From the NCBI GenBank assembly GCA_963850305.1, contig CAWKKR010000011.1, positions 256,001 to 320,000 on the forward strand: DNA of 64,000 bases, in the 5' to 3' direction. Positions 60,654 through 64,000 of the stretch are shown one piece after another. Under the pieces are notes generated by a model that was given only the letters and a program-made list of their open reading frames with translations, was not told the origin of the DNA and searched no databases. Made by a program: the position numbers and the translations under genes. The stretch is from an uncultured delta proteobacterium (GTDB taxonomy: Bacteria; Myxococcota_A; Polyangia; Polyangiales; Polyangiaceae). The first letter of the stretch is position 1, and each line of letters starts with the position of its first letter.

Positions 60654-61660
60654 TCATTGCCGGGCGCGATACGTCGAAGGCGCCGCGCCTTCCCAGCGCT
60701 TGAAGGCGCGCCGGAAGTTCGCGAGGTCCGTGTAGCCGAGGCGATAGGCGATCTCGTCCATGCCGAAGTGGCCCGACTTCAGGTGTTCGACGGCGAGCGT
60801 GTGTCGCACGGACTCGAGGATCTCCTCGATAGGACGTCCCCTCCTCCACGAGGCGCCGATGCAGCGTGCGTGTGGTCATGCGGAAGAGGCGCGCGGTCAC
60901 CTGGAGCGACGGGAAGCCGCTCTGCTTCTCGAGCAGCAGGCGCCGCACGCGCGCGCTCGTCGAGGCGTGCGCCGCGATCTGCTCGAGCTCGCGCTGACAG
61001 ATCAGCGCCGCGTCCTGGAACGCGGCCGGGTCCGCAAGCTTGAGCGGTAGATTCGAGCGCGCTCGCCGGTGCCGAGAAGCCGGTCCATTGCTGGTCGTAC
61101 CGCACGGGGCACCCGAAGATCTCGCGCGCGAGCGTCGCGTGCTCGGGCTTGGGGAAAACGAAGCTCACCTCGCTGACGTGACACGCGCCGAGCGTGACCT
61201 CGTCGAGGACGTTCTTGATGCCGAGCACGATCGCTTCGAGGAGTGGACGCTGGATGTCCCCGAGCGGCAGCATCTCCGTGAACCGCACCCGCGCCTCCCG
61301 CGGGTCGACCTCGTGGGAGATCGTGACGAGCGAAGTGCGCAGCCGCGCGAAGCGCTCGACGATGTCGAGGGCCTGCCGCACCGTGCTGCTGTTCACGGCC
61401 GCCGCGCCGACCATGCCGTGAGTGCTGGCGAGGAGCCGCTCACCGACGAACAGTCCGAGCGCGGGCTCGCGCGCGATGGCCAGCGCCTCGAGCACGAGCT
61501 GCCGCAGCTGCGGGTACGGAAACATGCGGTGCGGATTCGCGAACTCGGCCTCTTCCATCCCGCAGCGACGGAGCCAGTCGTCGACGCTCGCGCCGCTGGT
61601 GCGCAGCTGATCGCCGATGAGCCGCACGTACTCGGCGGGCGTGCTGAAGTCGTCCGGCAT
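60654..61660 (-). CDS. AraC-family regulator with effector domain, frameshifts near 61052 and 60825
   Basis: PALGL.VG...HG.VG.A; MTTRTLHRRL..EGTSY; IAYRLGYTDLANFRRAFKRW. Confidence 0.85.
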
Positions 61661-61671
61661 CTCGCCGATCG

Positions 61672-61709
61672 ATTGGCAACAAATGACCCTTCATTGTCAA
61701 GAAATGACC
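61672..61709. promoter_or_regulatory. Tandem 17-bp direct repeat, 21-bp period, candidate AraC operator
   Basis: ATTGGCAACAAATGACC at 61672 and ATTGTCAAGAAATGACC at 61693. Confidence 0.65.
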
Positions 61710-61800
61710 TCCCTTGCTCGCCGACCGATCCGTAGAATCAGGGTGTAGCCGCGCGTGGATCCGATGTGATCCGCAGCAATCACCGGTAGATGAGGCGTCC

Positions 61801-64000
61801 ATGGAAGGCCCGATTTCCCCCGAAAGGCTCACGACCGTCCGGATCAACGGCCAGGCCGTCCCCGTCGAGCCGAAGGAGACCGTGCTCCAGGCGGCGCTGC
61901 GCGCCGGGGTCGACTTCCCGAACAGCTGCCGCGTGGGCGGCTGCGGCACGTGCCGATGCAAGCTCGCGTCGGGTCGAGTGAAGGAGCTCACCGAGACTGG
62001 TTACCTCCTGACGGCGGAGGAGATTGACCAAGGCTACATCCTCGCGTGCCAGAGCGTGCCGCAAACGGACGTGAGCGTGGAGGTGGATCTCTCGCGTGCG
62101 TCGGCCCGAGGCGTGCCCGGTCGCATCGTCGGGCAGGCCAAGGTCACGCACGACATCACGCGGCTCACCGTGCAGCTCGATCAGCCCGTCCCCTACAAGG
62201 CGGGCCAGTTCGCGAACCTCGCCATCGACGGCTTGCCCGGCGTGATACGAAGCTACTCCTTCGCGAGCCCGTCGCACCGCGACGCCCGGGTCACGTTCTA
62301 CGTTCGCAAGGTGCCCGGCGGTGAAGTCTCGTCCCTCCTCAACGACACCGAGGTCGTCGGGCGCGGCGTGCGCGTCGACGGCCCCGTCGGAGACTTCTTC
62401 CTGCGAGCGAGCGATGCTCCGCTCCTCTTCGTGGCGGGTGGAAGCGGGCTCGCTCCGATCCTCGCGATCTTGAAGGACGCCGTCGCCGCGGGCGTGACGC
62501 GATCCGCGACGCTGCTCTTCGGCGCCCGAACCCAGGCCGACCTGTACGCGCTCGAAGAGATCGAGGCGATCGCCGCGCAATGGCGGGGCTCGTTCCGCTT
62601 CGTGCCGGTGCTGTCCGCCGCACACGACGACGGGGCGTGGGCGGGCGAGCGCGGGCTCGTGACGGAGAAGATCCCGGAGCTCCTCGAGCGGGGCTCGCAC
62701 GGATACCTGTGCGGCCCTCCCGCGATGATCGACGGCGCGATCGAGCTCCTCCGACGCCAGGGCGTGTCGCGCGAGCACATCCACTTCGACCGCTTCACGA
62801 CTCGCGCGGACGCCGAGAGCGCGAAGGTGGTCGCCCCCGCCGCCGAGCTCACCCAGGAGCGGTCGACGGCTGGCGTCCTGCACTACCTGAAGTATTTCGC
62901 CTTCCACCTCATCGGCCTGCTCGCCGTGAGCGCCATCTTCGGCGGCGGCAACATCGCGACGAGCGGGCTGCTCACCGTGCTCGCCCTGTACGTGCTCGGC
63001 GACGCCCTCCTCGGCGACGACACGTCGACGCCGCACTTCACGTACCCGAAGATTCTGACGGCGCAGCTCTGGCTCGCCTTGCCGTTGCTCTCCCTGATCG
63101 TATTCGCAGCCGTGTGGAGCGTGTCACCGGGAGACCCTCTCGGCGCGGGCGCGCTCATCCACCGGTACCTGGGCTATGACGCGCTCGCCGCCCGCGCGGC
63201 TACGGGCGCGGGCGGCTACGTCTCGATTTTCGCGCTCACCGGCCTGATGATCGGGATGATCGGCACCATCACCGCGCACGAGCTCACCCACCGGACGTGG
63301 GATCCGGTTTCCATGCTGATCGGACGCTGGCTGCTCGCCTTCAGCTTCGACACCACCTTCGCCATCGAGCACGTCTACGGGCACCACCGGTACGTCTCGA
63401 CCGTGGAAGACCCCGCGACGGCTCCGCGCGGACGCAACGTCTACCATCACATCGTCGCTTCGACGATCAAGGGCAATGTCAGCGCGTGGAAGATCGAGAC
63501 GGACCGGCTCCGCAAGAAGCACCTCGGCGTGTTCAGCTGGCACAACGCGATGATTCGCGGCGAGCTGATGAGCGCAGCGTTGGTCGCGCTGTCCTTCGCG
63601 CTCGGCGGCGTCCGGGGCTGCGCGTTCTTTATCGTGTGCGCGCTCTGGGGAAAATCCCTTCTCGAGATCGTGAACTACATGGAGCACTACGGCATGGTGC
63701 GGAACCCGGCGACGCCCGTGCAGCCGCGCCACTCGTGGAACACCAACCGTCGCGTGAGCTCCTGGACGATGTTCAATCTCACCCGGCACTCGCATCACCA
63801 TGCCCAGGGCGAGGTCCCCTACCAGGACCTGAAGCCCTATGCCGACGCCCCGATGATGGTGAGCGGCTACCTGACGACGATCATGATCGCGATGCTGCCC
63901 CCGCTCTGGCACAGGCTCATGACGCCGAAGGTGCTCGTGTGGGACCGCGACTACGCGACTGCCGAAGAGCTCGAGCTCGCCGCTCGCGCCAACCAGAAGA
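61801..64000 (+). CDS. 2Fe-2S ferredoxin / FAD-NAD reductase / AlkB-XylM-type diiron monooxygenase fusion (runs off window end)
   Basis: All motifs in one frame: CRVGGCGTC..LACQ, RSYSFAS, AGGSGLAP, YLCGPPAM, HELTHR, EHVYGHH, NYMEHYG, RHSHHH. Confidence 0.92.
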   Translation, partial: MEGPISPERLTTVRINGQAVPVEPKETVLQAALRAGVDFPNSCRVGGCGTCRCKLASGRVKELTETGYLLTAEEIDQGYILACQSVPQTDVSVEVDLSRASARGVPGRIVGQAKVTHDITRLTVQLDQPVPYKAGQFANLAIDGLPGVIRSYSFASPSHRDARVTFYVRKVPGGEVSSLLNDTEVVGRGVRVDGPVGDFFLRASDAPLLFVAGGSGLAPILAILKDAVAAGVTRSATLLFGARTQADLYALEEIEAIAAQWRGSFRFVPVLSAAHDDGAWAGERGLVTEKIPELLERGSHGYLCGPPAMIDGAIELLRRQGVSREHIHFDRFTTRADAESAKVVAPAAELTQERSTAGVLHYLKYFAFHLIGLLAVSAIFGGGNIATSGLLTVLALYVLGDALLGDDTSTPHFTYPKILTAQLWLALPLLSLIVFAAVWSVSPGDPLGAGALIHRYLGYDALAARAATGAGGYVSIFALTGLMIGMIGTITAHELTHRTWDPVSMLIGRWLLAFSFDTTFAIEHVYGHHRYVSTVEDPATAPRGRNVYHHIVASTIKGNVSAWKIETDRLRKKHLGVFSWHNAMIRGELMSAALVALSFALGGVRGCAFFIVCALWGKSLLEIVNYMEHYGMVRNPATPVQPRHSWNTNRRVSSWTMFNLTRHSHHHAQGEVPYQDLKPYADAPMMVSGYLTTIMIAMLPPLWHRLMTPKVLVWDRDYATAEELELAARANQK

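Overview
GC-rich bacterial chromosomal window, most likely Myxococcota (Polyangia-like). This is inferred from MYXO-CTERM-type tails, many Cys-rich lipoproteins, an AgmX/PglI-like protein and an RpoH-family sigma factor. The backbone is housekeeping (metF, mpl, rsmI, ffh, thiO, purM, purN, rsmD, truA) mixed with envelope and accessory genes. About nine +1 frameshifts, two of them in ffh, point to assembly indel errors; many lie at or beside GATC. Most notable: (1) a coupled operon FHA-GGDEF / class III aminotransferase / LuxE-like / LuxC-like / FHA-GGDEF without luciferase, a candidate acid-to-aldehyde-to-amine pathway tied to c-di-GMP; (2) a ferredoxin-reductase-AlkB fusion missing from the ORF track, with a divergent AraC gene and a 21-bp-spaced operator; (3) a spt plus ceramide synthase-like gene pair; (4) a 1.9-kb integrase-free islet between 62-bp direct repeats at the mpl 3' end; (5) an eight-unit 41/42-bp palindromic array next to collapsed gene remnants; (6) a sigma54 promoter with paired upstream palindromes before a formate/nitrite channel. 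No rRNA, tRNA, CRISPR array, transposase or integrase was recognised. All family assignments come from motif recognition by eye, not database searches.
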